Assembly (NCBI GenBank): GCA_951406725.2
Contig: OX597816.1
Location: 50,654,001-50,718,000 of the forward strand
DNA length: 64,000 nt
From: Octopus vulgaris
Lineage: Eukaryota
Direction: 5' to 3'
The notes beneath the pieces are model-generated. The model was given only the letters and a program-made list of their open reading frames with translations. It ran no database searches and was not told the DNA's origin. The translations under genes were made by a program, and so were the position numbers. Of this stretch, positions 26,460-41,218 are shown in pieces. Numbering within the stretch: the first letter of the stretch is position 1; each line of letters begins with the position of its first letter.

Positions 26460-28399
26460 TATAGATAGATATATAGATAGATAGATAGATAATCATTCTC
26501 ACTAGTTTATATTCCGTAGTTTTCTTTTTTTATATATATACTTAACCTCAGGGCTCACCATGCAATTATCCATCGATTTCAATTGTTGCTCTCCAAACAC
26601 TCACAAAATAAAACAGCCGGTCGCATATATTGCCATTCCATAAACTTTATTATTCTTTTGTACATTTACATCTTTTGGTACGTTATTCATATTTAGGAGG
26701 AAAGACAAAACACAAAAGCTTCCTAAATTATAATTTTTAATTTACAATGATGATTATAAAATTATCTTCATTGCGTAATATCACTTACAAATAAACGATC
26801 TTTTTCTTTCCTTTATCTTAGTAATATTACTTGTTCCAATTTTTGGTTTTCCTTCAACCTAACCGTTTACATTTCTTTTGTTTTCCTAAAAGTTTCGTCA
26901 TCGTCCAACCTTTTCGTCAAATACTTGAAATTATTATAATAAAAATTGGAAAGATATTTCTCCAAAATATTGTTTTAAGATTTCTCTGTCAATCGAAGCC
27001 CCGAGATACTGGCCTATCAATTCGTTGCTATTATTATTCTGTTGGTCCTTTTGCAAAATGAAAATAAATATTAAAAAATAAAAAAAGACACTAATAACAT
27101 TTATTTAGTACCTGTTACTGTCGCAGGTGTTATTCCTCACCTTCCTTTTTAACTGTTTACGGGCACCAAATTTCCAATTAGTTCTATTGAACACAAGATA
27201 TTTCGTTACATATCTACTCGTTCCCGGTCGTAAATATGAGGATTAAATCAATGTCGGAAAAATGTGTCACAATATGCAAATAAGCTCAATAACATATCTT
27301 AATTGCAATTCAAAATACCAAAATTATTTAAAACATTACATCTGTTTTTATTAGAAAAGGTGAAAGTAGAGTTGGAAGCTCAAATATCGTTTCATGTATG
27401 TTTGATGTTTTTAATGGAACCATAAAATATAAAATCTCCTTTAACACCTATCATTTTCTGAAGTTTTTATGGTGTTTCGTCGTTCCTAGGGATCTAGAGG
27501 AATGAAACAAAATTGAAGGAATGTAATACACTGGAAGGTAGCTGGTTTATCGATAAATTCTCGATTTGATGCTAATCGATTGAATTCTTTTCGACTCACA
27601 TTTGATATACTTTGATTGCATGCCTACGTATCTGTCTCAGACGTTCGAGTATCACATATATATGTAGGTATATTAAGCTAAACGGTTTATACAAAGCAAA
27701 CGAAATGATCCTATATGGTTCTTGTCAGTTACTGTTTTGTATTTGTGGCTACTTTCTCTTCGTTTTTATTTGGATTATATTTTCATACACAATATCCAAG
27801 ATACCACGGAATATTAAAAAGTATCCAGACAAATTTCCAAAGAAATGCTATTGTGTATCAAAGATACAACAGAATCATTATTTGCTTCGAAACAGGAAAG
27901 TTTGGGAATTAATGAGGAATCAGAAGCAGATTTCTCTTTTGAGAAACTAGCTGCATTTATAAGTGTATCTGCAAAAAGATAGGAGTAATATATCAACTCC
28001 CGAAAATCAGGCGGTTTTTTGGCTAGAGAAAAGTACATGCACATTACTTTCCTAACCAGTATCTTGCTGTCAATATATTAAAAATTCAATGCTTGTAAAA
28101 TTCTCGACTATGGCTAGCATCTTTTGAGAAAGTAGTTCCTGTACAGCACATCAAAAAAGTGCAGGTTCTTTGTTTTTACAATAGTTTTATGTTTTACAAT
28201 AGTTCTTTGTTTTACAATGGTTTTAAGTGAAGTTGCTGTTTTTCCAAGAAGGATGGCTTTAATGATTAAGAACAGGTAGAAGAGAAATCGAAAACGCATG
28301 AGCAAAGCCAAAGCAACGGATATTTTGCGTATCTATATGTAGGAATGTTCACATTCTGAAAGTTTTTATGCACCAATTTTCCTAAAACAGTCAATGAAA

Positions 28400-29780
28400 A
28401 ATGAACCTATATTCTGATATAGTGAATCTTTATTCAATATTCCCTCATGACTTCGAAATTGGGACCATTAACTTCTGTTTAGATAGATATAAAGATGAAC
28501 TTACACTACGTATAGTCAAAACAGTTTTTAATAAATAAACTAAAATTTATTCTACAGCGCAGCTCTTTTATATTCATTGACTGCTTTTACCGAAAATAAT
28601 TAAAGACTGTGATGTGAACGAAATCAACTTTATATTTTGCAAATCAAATCATAAGTTATCTAGAGATTACAATGTATGAAAATCACCTAAAAAGTATAGG
28701 AACTCGTTCTTTAAACGTGTACAAAAACAACTGTAAAAAAAAACTACGAATATTTTCATTCTATGGAATGAAAGCATAAGAAGAAATCGAAACACCCTAA
28801 TGTGTGTTGCTACACAATTCACCATGGAATATGACCATAACAAACTTACGATTTTAAACTTTCGAACAAAAGGTAAACAGTCCCACAGTGACAGTCATTA
28901 ACATAGAGTGTCCAAGCATTGAATTTCGTGCCGTCCGAGACACACCATAATAATTGTTTTACATAAGGTAGCGAAAAAGTGTCTGGAGAATTGTATCTGT
29001 TGGAAACATACATGCTATTATACTTCAAGAAAAAAAAAATATATAAATAAACTGCTTATGTGGAATTGTCCACCATTTGTAATCGATAATAGCATAATGG
29101 GATTCAAAAATTCAATATACTTGTACCACGAAAATCAACTGAATGAAATATATTGGAACAGAAATCCTGCTTTAAATTTCCACATACAATTCTGAAACCA
29201 ATGAGGCATACAACATCACATTCTAACATAGACCCGCATTTAAACTCAATCATACTTACTCTGAAGTAAATCCTCCAAGCAGATAATATATAAAGAGCAA
29301 AAGCCACACCAAATCAACGAATGTGAAACAAGTGTAACAACAGGAACAACAATGAATAAAGTAGAATATTTAAAAAAAAGTGCTATACATTTAGACCTAA
29401 CGGAAAAATCGATAGACCGTTTAAAAGAATAACAATTCTTTCCAACAGAAAATATCTTCCTCTCCAGCTGGAAACTTAACCTATGCAGCTAAATGCTCAG
29501 GGTATCGGGAGAACACCATAGAAGAAAACGGGATATGGTTATGATAAAGCATTACTTGCCTAACACCTGAATTAAGTTACGGTAATACATATAAATACGA
29601 CTTGACGAAGATATATACCAAGTTACAAGTAAAAAAAAATCAATGAAATTTACAGGTAAAAATCAATCAAATTTTACAAGTTAACCTTAATAGCAATATT
29701 GTAATTGCATAAAACAACAACGCATTATCGAAGAAAGAAATGTCATCAAATATCGACTGATCTTAAATGACTGTGTGAGA
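28400..29780 (+). mobile_element. Highly decayed Penelope-like element, related to 4170-6210
   Basis: Collinear remnants: NIP(H)-like, TQFTMEYDHNKL, SCRPRHT..VAK, and GNLTYAAKCSGYRENTIEENG (GIY-YIG-like). Confidence 0.6.
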
Positions 29781-29916
29781 GGATAAGAGAATCTAGTAAA
29801 TCACAATAGATACTACTGGATCTCCCAGTGCTAACCACGACTACTCAGGCCCCCTGACGTTGATGTTGTTCCTACTACTAAAAACAAATCATTGATGAGA
29901 AAAGTCAATTTCATTC

Positions 29917-29917
29917 T

Positions 29918-29991
<74 letters not shown>

Positions 29992-30201
29992 ATATTACTA
30001 CTAATACTACTAATAATAATAATAATACTGCTACTGCTGCTGTTACTACTACTACTACTATTACTAATAATAATAATGATAATAGTAATAAAAAAGAATA
30101 ATAATAATTTGTATTATTATTATTATTATTATTATTATGTTTTTGTTATTATTATTATTGTTATTATTATTATGTTTTTGTTATTATTATTATTGTTGTT
30201 G

Positions 30202-30254
<53 letters not shown>

Positions 30255-30372
30255 GTCATTATTATCATTATTATCATTATTGTTGTTATTAATATTATTA
30301 TCATTATTGTTTTTATCATTGTTATTATTATTATCATTGTTGTTGTTATTATTATTATTATTATTATTATTG

Positions 30373-30451
<79 letters not shown>

Positions 30452-30473
30452 AATTATTATTATTATTATTATT
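29917..30473. repeat. Trinucleotide array (ACT)n-(AAT)n-(ATT)n
   Basis: Directly visible; source of the poly-T/L/I ORFs. Confidence 0.97.
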
Positions 30474-30885
30474 TTAATGACGTTATTCCTGCAAATTCTC
30501 GTTATAAGTATCTCATGGATATTACAGCGTAACTAAATCACAGTGCAATATAAATGTTCGTAAAAAACGTTTTCCCGAAATTCCCGAAAGCATATCATGA
30601 AAGATTGATCAGATCTAATTTGTTCCAATTTATTCCTCCTCACCCAATGATAAAGTTGTATATCTTTCATCCATCATATATTCCTCGAATCATTTTCCTC
30701 CAAGGCTAGAAGCACATACACCGTTTCTTTATTACATAGTTTCCACTCGTAATCTCCCAATCCAATTGCTGTTCATATTTAATCCCCCAAAATATTTGAA
30801 ACTATATTTGATCGGGTACAGTCCACAGTCTCACCTGACCTGAAAGTACAGAACGGCTAAATTGCAACCCACGCATGGTGTGTGC

Positions 30886-30963
<78 letters not shown>

Positions 30964-31063
30964 TGTTATATTTCGGAATATAACATATTATTTTACTGAT
31001 ACATTTCCTCTAATTACATAATATTGAGGTCTCTTTCTTTCTTTTGTTATCTTACCGTTTTTA

Positions 31064-31124
<61 letters not shown>

Positions 31125-31757
31125 ATGTACGTATGCATTTATGTATGTATCTCCAATGAAAGAAGGTGACAAAGAAAATGCTTTAATACATCTTTAATTA
31201 TAAATTAAAAGTGTTTCCATATCATCTCTATTTGCAACGCCAGTTTATGCCAAAATTCTAAAAGAAGCAGCTCGGAATATTTGCCGTTTTAGACGTTGGG
31301 GTGGCACTTCCTCAGACTTGCACCAATGGTGTGTTATTACACTGTGCGTCCTGCAAATGCTGTTGTTAAGCAAATTTCGGGCGGAAAGGAAAAACGGAAG
31401 AAAATTTATGAGTATGGGGCGAAGATAGATTGTGGGGAGGGGGTCAAGAGGAAGGATGCGAATAATGATGGGAGCGTGGAGGGAAATAATCAGAAGACGC
31501 AAGTGAAGTAGAAAGAGGGGAGGAGGAAGAAGAAGGAGAAGATGAAATGTAAGAGGGCTCAGTGCTGATAGCCCAATATTGGAGGTGAGTGCTCCTCTGA
31601 AAAAAACCCAACTTCACATCCAAACTGACATTATCCATTTATATGCATACATATACATACACACACACACACACAATATATATATATATACACATGTGCG
31701 TGTGTGTGTGTGTATGTATGCATGTATGTATATATATATATATATATATATATACTA

Positions 31758-32040
31758 TGTGATCACGTGACCGACCAGACCATCAGATGTTGCTACACAT
31801 CGCTGGTCACGAAGCGTTCGCATTGTTTTACCCTTCGAATGACGCTACCCCGCTGGCTAAGCGAGGAGGCCAACAGAAGAGAGAGTGAGAGAAAGAGTGG
31901 GGAATGAGTACAGCAGGGATCACCATCCCCTGCCGGAGCCTCGTGGAGCTTTTAGGTGCTTTCGCTCAATAAACACTCACAACGCCCGATCCTACGACCA
32001 TGAGTCCGCTGCCCTAACCACTGGGCCATTGCGCCTCCAC
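31758..32040 (-). mobile_element. tRNA-derived SINE (head shared with 50168)
   Basis: ccctaaccactgggccattgcgcctccac and ggagcttttaggtg..cgctcaataaac. Confidence 0.85.
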
Positions 32041-32075
32041 ACACTCACACACACACAAATATATATATATGCATA

Positions 32076-33195
32076 CAGGGTGCGTAAGATATTTAAGGAC
32101 GGATTGATGTTTAAATAATATATATATATAATAACAGCTAATAATTTTATTTAGCAAAAAATGCTATGCAAAGAAAAATAAACATTCTTTTCTATAATGT
32201 TATGCAATAAAGCCGCCTTCAGTTTCAACAGCTGCTTCTGTATGAGATCTAAATCATCTACATGCTGGAATCAAGAGGTCCTGGTTCACTTACGACATTA
32301 CTCTGACTCTGTCAGCTTTCAAAAACCTCTCTCTGAACAACGCTCCACATGTCCAATAGACTGTTAGACGTGGGAAATAGTAGGCCAAATGCTAGGGGCT
32401 ATCTGATCATAAACTTTTCAGCCATTCATTCCTCTGTTACTAGAGCCATATGTGATAGTGCAGAGTCTTACTAAAACAGATGTGGCCTTCCATTGCATAC
32501 ACTGTCTATCCAGGGCTTAACAATTATTTCCAGAACCACAATGTCAGGAGGAGAGTTACCAATAAGGCTTGTGGAAAGGTGTCGGGAGGCACGCAGGTCC
32601 TTCATTGCTGACAACCCCTAAAACCACGACAGTTGCAGTAAATTTTGTATGCATAAGACTTGTAACTTCAGAAGGGTCTGCCCATCACTATCTGTCATTT
32701 CTTCTGTTTACGTTATGAGCTGATGTAATGATTTTCTTTTGCTTTTTCTGACAAACTGACCTTTCCTTATCGTATAAGACTTATGTCTGATGTCTTTGTG
32801 GAAAACATTTCTGACTGTTCCCTCTGATCATTTTCAATAGAATTCATGGACTTTCTGGAATTTTAATCAAGTGTCTGTTGAACTTGCTGGATAAATTCAA
32901 GTGTTCTGATGATTACAGAGCGTTTAGAATGCATTTTTATGCTTTGATACTAGTCTCTTCTATCTCTAGCTCCTTACAAGCTTTGTAGACGAAAGATCTG
33001 ACATATTATAAAACTCGAGATATTTCTAAATCGCTATGCTCAGCCTTTACAGGCACAATAACAGCATGCTTCTTCCTTTCTTGAGTAAGCTTAGAGTTTA
33101 CCATTACTATTTTCTGAAAAAAAGATTATACAGCGTTAACAAAAATTGCAGCAATGGCCCAAATAATGTATGCCGTCAAATACCTTACGCAGTCT

Positions 33196-33196
<1 letters not shown>
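32076..33196 (-). mobile_element. Tc1/mariner-superfamily element with both TIRs and TA target duplication, decayed
   Basis: TA-cagggtgcgtaagatattt ... aaataccttacgcagtctg-TA. Reverse translation: MVNSKLTQERKKHAV..HSDLEIS, VVLGVVSNEG, VKPWIDSVCNGRP..DSALSH..IWP. Confidence 0.88.
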
Positions 33197-33233
<37 letters not shown>

Positions 33234-33789
33234 ACACACATACACACAGATAGATAGATTTAACTATTACTTTTCCTTACCTTCGTGTGAGTCTCTTCTT
33301 ATTTCTCTTCTTATATACATACACATATATATATGGGAGTGTATGTGTACGTGTGTGTGTATGTGTGTGTGTATGTGTGTGTGCGTATGTGTGTTTGTAT
33401 GTATGGTTTTCAACGGTGGAGATATGTGACTCCTAGATGCATTGATTATTTAGTAATCGCATGCATTGCTAAGATAGATGACAATCTATAACATCTTGGT
33501 AAAAACCAAATTTCCTAATGTGGCGCCTCCCTTAACTAATCATTGTAAATCCTCGTGTATATGGAAGAAATATCCACAACAATATTGTTGCTTAAATTTG
33601 GATGAAGTCTTTAGGAGAATACGTATGACTAAGGACATTCCAGGAATCAAAATCTGGCTTATATGGGTTTAAATTTTACATAAATACATAATCTACTTAT
33701 CGATTGTTAAAATGTTTATTTAAAACTTGTATCCTTGGAAATAATGATTATGGTCTTAAATAATCGCAGTACCCATCACCTTAATTGTT

Positions 33790-34292
33790 GTGTTGTGATC
33801 CCCTTCGGTTATGACTGACCATGGGATTGCACCTAGAAAGTTACCCTCCGAGGCACAAGTCTAGGCAAATTGTTTATAGAAGACAAGCAGTCGCCCACGC
33901 ATACCAGACTCCTCTCTCCACGCCATTGATGTTATCCAAGGGAAAGGCAAAGGCCGATAGAGCTCGGCACCAGTGACGTCGCAGCTCATTTATTAACGGG
34001 CAAGTGGCTGAGCACTCCACAGACACGTGTACCTTTAACGAAGTTCTCGGCGAGATTCAGCATGACACAGAGTGTGACAAGGCTGGCCCTTTGAAAATTA
34101 CAGGTACAAGAGAAACTGGAATAAAGAGTGAAAGAAAGTTGTTGTGAAAGAGTACAGTAGAGTTCACCACCACCACCTGCCGGAGCCTTGTGGAGCTTTA
34201 GGTGTTTTCGTCCAATAAACAATCACAATGCCCGGTCTGGTAATCGAAACCGCTAGTCCGCTGCCCTAACCACTGGGCCATTGCGCCTCCAC
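33790..34292 (-). mobile_element. tRNA-derived SINE (head shared with 50168, different tail)
   Basis: ctgccctaaccactgggccattgcgcctccac; gccggagccttgtggagctttaggtgttttcg. Confidence 0.85.
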
Positions 34293-34887
34293 GATCACTT
34301 TAATAATAACACAATTATTTCATACTCGAATATTGCGTTTTCAAATATAAAGCGCAAAACAGAATTCACGAAATCAAATTTCACCGTTCGCAAGTGCGTA
34401 TGCACTTATCAATATGAAAGCAATTTCCTGACTTAGATTCACGAAAGGTCTTTTGTATTGCGCTGACCCTCAAAGCTTTCGATTTTAAATCATTTCTATA
34501 TCTGGAGACTTTATTAGAAAGCATGGATTGCATTCTTTTTAGTTTGTGTTAATATCGTAATATTTGAAATATACTTATAATGCTGTCACCGAAAATCGAG
34601 TGAATAAAACATAAATTCTTTCCTTATATTTACACATCATTATCAGAAAATAGAGAAAAATGTCGACCGTCAAAATAATTCATAGAATGCTTAATAAACT
34701 GAAAGGGATGTGTTGCTTGTTCAAGAAAGTTTAGAATGGCGTTGAATAATTACAAAAGCGATTATGGAAGCAATCAACAAAATTCAATAGAGCCGCAGTG
34801 ATATTATAACTCGCTACTTAACAATATCAACAACTGGTTCAACGTTCTTATTCCTAGATCCGAATAGTTAAAATTATTCCCGTATTT

Positions 34888-35055
34888 AAGACGAAGACGG
34901 GTGTGTAAGCAACAAACAGATGTATTAGTTTAACGATCGGAAAGTGAGAAAGTATTTTATGTTTCGAGCCTACGTTCTTCGACAGAAGGGAACGCAAAAA
35001 TAAACAGGGAGAGAAAATAGAAAAGGTTTAGTGGCTAGCGACCTATCCTGACGAA
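34888..35055 (-). mobile_element. PLE pLTR fragment with hammerhead-like motif
   Basis: Close match to 11413-11577; reverse strand ctgtcgaagaacgtaggctcgaaac. Confidence 0.8.
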
Positions 35056-35061
35056 TATACA

Positions 35062-35171
<110 letters not shown>

Positions 35172-35902
35172 TGTGTGTGCATGGTTGTGTGTCTGTGTCT
35201 GTGTCTCTATCTGTTTTTAATATATAAGTTCATATATTCACTAGATGAAATCACACCTTGAAGTGGTTGTAAGTAGGTAAAAATGAATTTATTTATGCTA
35301 CTCTGTGCTTATGAATTTTTGTTTGTTAAGCAGAAAGTATTTGTATGAAACGTTGAATAATGTAATGCTCACTATCAGTCCATTGAAAGTTGTCAGTTAA
35401 GATAGAATAAAACTCCAATATATGTGTTGATAAAGAATACGCAGCAATATAATTGCAGATAAAGAATAACCAACAAAATGATACTAAATTTGATATAGCT
35501 AGCATCATATTTAATCCTGACTCTTTTATTACCTAGACTGAATTTTATAGCGATAAGTATTTATAGAATTTGCAATCATTAAAGAAAACTTTTTTTATCT
35601 GGTCAATTACGAAGTATTTAATAAAGATTTTATTATTTATAATTCATATCCTGAGTGGTAGAAATTGAAGTCAAGACACAGTAGCAACCGCCTCTTCGTT
35701 ATATTTTATATTCTTTGCTAACGTCGTAGATATTTCGTCGCTACTGAAATGTTTCACCTATTCAATTGCTTTTGTATTTCTATATATTTGTCTAGGGTTT
35801 TCGTAGTACACATAAATATAATCAAAATGATATCTATGGCATGTACTGGAATAATGGAGACATTTGAGCGATCAAAAACCCATTAGAAAGAATAAAATAG
35901 AT

Positions 35903-35903
35903 A

Positions 35904-35960
<57 letters not shown>

Positions 35961-35961
35961 G

Positions 35962-36019
<58 letters not shown>

Positions 36020-36020
36020 T
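35903..36020. repeat. (ACT)n-(AAT)n microsatellite
   Basis: Directly visible. Confidence 0.97.
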
Positions 36021-36489
36021 AATGCCCTGATGTAGTAAATGCACCGATGCAGTACCTGGCAGTGACTCTCATGGCTTCTGATCTTAACTGATTGGAAGTG
36101 TTATCATGTACATTGTTTTGTCTTGATATAAAGATGGGCTACAGCAAATATTCTGCTCAATTACACAGATTTGCTTGTGAGTTGTTTGACCTTAACCAGT
36201 TGAGCATGTCCCTTAGTGGCTGACGATATGTGCATCTCTGAACACGGGCAGAGGTAGTTGGGGATCATTATAGCAATGTGTTGAGAGGGATTCTTTGGGG
36301 TTTTAATAATTCACCTCTGGAAACATGGGTGTTTCGTTCAACATCCTTAAACAGCCCTTATACCTTTTCAGCAAGGTGTGTTACTCGACCAGAAGAAAAT
36401 TCTAACTGAGCCCCACATGCAAGGTCATGCGCTGGTTATCTTGATGTGAGATCACCATGTCGCACACATATGGTTGTGATGCATGTGTC

Positions 36490-36695
36490 TTAGAGAAAGA
36501 AAGTAAACTATGCTGGATCATAGATATAGCACGCCCAGCTGATATCAAGGTATGCGATAAGGGAGAACAAAAATTCAATAGGTATGACAGGCTAGCTTGG
36601 AAGGTAAAGCAGTTGTGATTAATGAAAAAGGTGGTAGTAGTACTAATAATTGTCGGAGCCCTAGGAACAGTGAGTAAAAATCTCGAATGAGTACA
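36490..36695 (+). mobile_element. R4/Dong-type non-LTR retrotransposon restriction-like endonuclease fragment
   Basis: KLCWIIDIARPADIKVCDKGEQKFNRYDRLAWKVKQL*..VVVVLIIVGALGTV. Confidence 0.8.
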
Positions 36696-36799
36696 TGACG
36701 TCCTAAATAAGTAATTGAAGAAGGCTTTCTTTATGATTCTGTCATTGTTTTGTGACAAAACAATGATTTATACAATGAAAAAGGGAAGTATTTTAGTGC

Positions 36800-38450
36800 G
36801 AAAAATTCAGAAAGTGTTAAACTTAGCTCGGTTTGGACACAAGCTTTGCTAACATATTTAATCAGAGAACTGTAGCGTGTGCTTGGGTATCAGGGGCTTG
36901 GTTCAGACCTATTCGTCTTTAGTGTTTTCTAGTTATTTTATTCTTTCAGCATATAAAATTCAATAAAAAAAACAGAGAAAGGAAAGGAAAAAGAAGGAAA
37001 AGGAAAGTTGTCTTTCAGTTTGCTTGCAAAAATATACACGTTTTTTTGTGCATGTATGTAAGTGTGTATAGGTACATTAGAAAATCTTTTGTAGGGAATT
37101 TGGGTGAAGATGCAGAAACCTTAAGATAATTTCTTTAGTATTTGTTTAATGTAAAACTGTAAAAGAATTAAATTGTAAATGTTTTTTTGCTTACTATTAT
37201 GAGGATGATTTCTTGTATAGCTTTGGGTTTGTTATTACCTTGGTATATTTGTGAGTGCGAGAGTGTTTTCCAACTGATCCTGAACAAACATTGTTTGGAT
37301 AATGACGTACAATTTTTCGTATTTGTTTTGAGAAAAGTGTGCATGTGATAGTAGTATCTTGTCTTGAAGTGGTTTACTGTGTATCATACATATGTGGATA
37401 ATGTGGATACAGTAGTTGGTGTCATGCTTATGGTTACCTTTGCAATATATACAGGGCAGCATGAAGAGGACCTACAAAAGAAATTGTTTCTGTGGATGTA
37501 GTTTAAGTTTTTGGGTTATAGTTGTTAGTGGAGTATGTCTATTTTCACTGAGTATGTGTTTCAATTTCTAATACATGTAGTTTTGTTGGATGTGTTTCTG
37601 CAGCATTTGAAAAATAATTTAATTATTCTTGTGAAAACTTGTATGTTGAAATGAGTATTATACAGTAAAATTTTCCTTTTTCTATTTTTGTGTTGTATTT
37701 ACTGTGGGAAGATTGCTCACTATATATTTCGGTTTTTCCTTCCTTACAACTGTTATTGCTGAGAGTTTCATTATATGGGGTTGCTCTTTAGTTTATCATT
37801 TTTTCATTTGAAGGTAAAGAGGCAAGTCTGAGAGAAATTATTTTCCTTAGGCAAATGATAACATTTTGGGGTGGTTGGATTGTTTATGAATATACTGAAT
37901 TCTTTCGTTATCTTTATTTTATAGATTATAGATACTTGATCCTTTGTTGAGGATAACATCGAGAATATTGAGTGAGCTTCGTAGCGTTTCTACTGTGATT
38001 GAGAATCACAAGTTCTTGAGTAAGCGCTGTATTACTTCCATATTACATTAGTATTTTGCGGGATATATTTTCTTACTTGCAGACTGTCGTCTCTTATGGA
38101 CAATTTGTGGTGGAAAGCAGTTTGTTGTGCAATTTTTCAAATATGCAAAGAACAACGATGTGGGTATCTCCGCAAAGCCCATTGATCCCTTGCAAACATC
38201 AAATGGTTCTTTGGTGTCTTTCTTAATCCAAAATCCATTGTTGTGGAAGAGGAGCTATTTTCTTGCTTGCTCGGTTTCGTGTATTGTGGTTAAAGTTTTA
38301 TCAAATTTGAAAGCAGCTATAAGGCAAGTTTCGTTACTGACGCATAGTGCTCTTTTATGTCAATCTGGAAGAAACGTCATCCGTTTTTGTTTAGAATTTT
38401 GTTGGCGGAATCTATCAATTTGCATGTGTTGTTCCAGAGAGGTAATGTTC
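36800..38450 (-). mobile_element. Decayed Penelope-like element of a different lineage (RT + GIY-YIG)
   Basis: Reverse strand: FFQIDIKEHYASV, ARK*LLFHNNGFWIKK..PFDVCKGS, RDD, and weak remnants of the C-terminal endonuclease region. Confidence 0.7.
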
Positions 38451-38500
38451 AAGTTGTTTTTATCGTTTATGACAAAAAATATATATAATCACATACATGC

Positions 38501-38547
<47 letters not shown>

Positions 38548-38786
38548 CACATACACACTCACGCACACAGACACACACAAACATGTATACAGATATGGAT
38601 AAACACATACACCTATACATATAGGTACATATATATACACACACATACACAGGCACATATATATATATATATATACATACACATACACAGCTGATGTGGT
38701 GATGTTCATTTTGTTATCTTTTGTGACAAAAAATATATATAAATACATACATACAGGCATACATGCATATATATATATATATACAT

Positions 38787-38819
<33 letters not shown>

Positions 38820-39610
38820 TATATATATACATATATACATACACATATATATATAATGATTTCGCGCATATTTATATTAAATGGAATAATGTTAGAACAT
38901 ATATCAAGTTATGAAGATCAATGTCCTTGTCAATTTTTCAGTATATTTAACACCTATATGTGCAGTTGCAGTCATCCGCCTTCCTTACACACACACTTGC
39001 AAACACACACATTCACATAAATATATGTATACATATACACATATGTGCGTGCGTGTGTGTATGTGTGTGTATGTGTTCGAGCGCTTATGTATATACATAC
39101 ATGTGTATGTATATGCCAGTTGTTGTTTTAGACGTAAGACTGTGGCCCTGTTGGGTAACCATATTGAAGAATTTTTAATCGAAAAAATCGATCCCGGTTT
39201 TTATAAATGTTAAACCCTGCTACTTCATATATAGTGGTCTTTGCGAAACCGCTAATTTTCGAGAACAACGCCAGTTGCCAAATGGCAGTGGGGGACAGAC
39301 AGCCCCCACACAAATATGTGTGTATGTTTGTGCGTGTGTATGCTATTGTGTGTGTATATAATAATGTGTCCACGCGTGCACCATTGTGTATTTGGTTGTC
39401 ACCACTACTGTTTGATAATCGATATTGGGGTGTTCACTTCTGATAAATTAGCGATTTCTTAAAAGAACCGATAGAGTAAGCATCAGCCTATCAGTCTTAA
39501 GCAACAATAAGACCTGGTGACGTTAAATTTGACCAAAATTCGTCACGTATATGTGCTACAGCATCGTCGCAACCTGATGACCGGAACAAGTGAGTATATA
39601 TATATATATA

Positions 39611-39775
39611 AGCGTAGGAGGGGCTGTGTGGTAAGTAGATTGCTTACGAACCACATGGTTCCGGGTTCAGTCCCACTGCGTGGCACCTTGCGCGAGTGTT
39701 TTCTACTATAGCCTCGGGCCGACCAAAGTCTTGTGAGTGGATTTGGTAGACGGAAATGGAAAGAAGCCTGTCGTG

Positions 39776-39824
<49 letters not shown>

Positions 39825-40072
39825 GTGTTTGTGATTGTGTATAGAAGAATATATTAATAAAAGAAATTCCAACCTTGTCTGATTTTCACGTTTTATTTAC
39901 AATCTTATAATGATATATTATAAGATAATATATTATAATTGAATAAAATAAAATGAAATAGTAGAATGTTAAATGTTCATTCTGATTGAACTAGTACTTT
40001 CATGCATTGAATTCTGCAATCTTCGGGTTCATGTAGTAGTGGTGACAGTCATGCTTCACAATTTATATATAC

Positions 40073-40144
<72 letters not shown>

Positions 40145-40362
40145 GTATTTATATGTGTATATATGTTTGTGTGTCTGTGTTTGTCCCTCCAACCCCCAAC
40201 ATTACTTGACAACCGATGCCGGTGTGTTTACGTCCCCGAAACTTATTGGTTTGGCAATAGCGACCGATAGAATAAGTACTCGGCTTACAAAGCAGAAGTC
40301 CTCGGATCGACTATAAGCGGTGCTCCAGCATGACCACAATCACATGACTGAATCCAATAAAA
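39611..40362 (+). mobile_element. CORE-like SINE head (39611-39776) and tail (40160-40362) separated by TA tracts and unrelated sequence
   Basis: gctgtgtggtaag..ccgggttcagtccc (A/B-box-like) head; gcggtgctccagcatgaccacaatcacatgactgaa tail. Confidence 0.85.
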
Positions 40363-40765
40363 GTGTATATGTATATATTCTCTTTATACACGATTGTGAA
40401 GGAAACGATAGCTGTAGGAAATGTATTGTAAATAACAATGTGATTCGTTGTATGTATTTACCAAATATGTTGTATTCAGTAGATGTAGAGATATAGAAGC
40501 AGGAGTGAAATAATGATGGCGTATATCTAAGAAGACCACAGTTTTGTATAGAAGCATTTATGAGAGAAAAATAAACTATGTTGAATTGAATGAGTATAGT
40601 TTGCTTTTATTCTCACATCACCATTGTATTGGTAATATTGGATGAAACATTCGCAACTATCAACATGATATCTGTGTGTTTCTGCCTCTGTACAAACAAG
40701 CATGCATATATTCATGCAAACATACATAAATACTCACATGCATAGATACTTACATAAGAAAATAC

Positions 40766-40835
<70 letters not shown>

Positions 40836-41164
40836 AATATATATATATATATGTGTGTGTGTGTATGTGTGTATGTGTATGTGTGTGTACTTAATTAAAT
40901 ACGTACATATAAGCATTTATTTAACAGTAACTATGTGTGTGAGAACACGTACGTGAAATAAAACGTGCTAATCTGCACATACGAAAGAAAGTATTGCACA
41001 CATACACACAACGTATACAAACACCCTGTTGATATTGTTGAAGTTCGAATGAAGCTGCCTTGGATCTAGGTGAGAAGATGGCTGTTACACTAGTGTCAAA
41101 GAATTAAAACTGAAGAAATATATGTATGTGTGTATATATAAAATATAAGTGTATCTATGTCTAC

Positions 41165-41218
<54 letters not shown>

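Noticed and set aside
27500-28320. Hydrophobic coding-like stretch, possibly a second membrane-protein pseudogene
   Set aside because: No ordered, convincing motifs in any frame; needs BLASTX.
31245-31640. Purine-rich segment ending in a gtgagt donor-like site
   Set aside because: No supported acceptor-to-donor open frame or recognisable protein.
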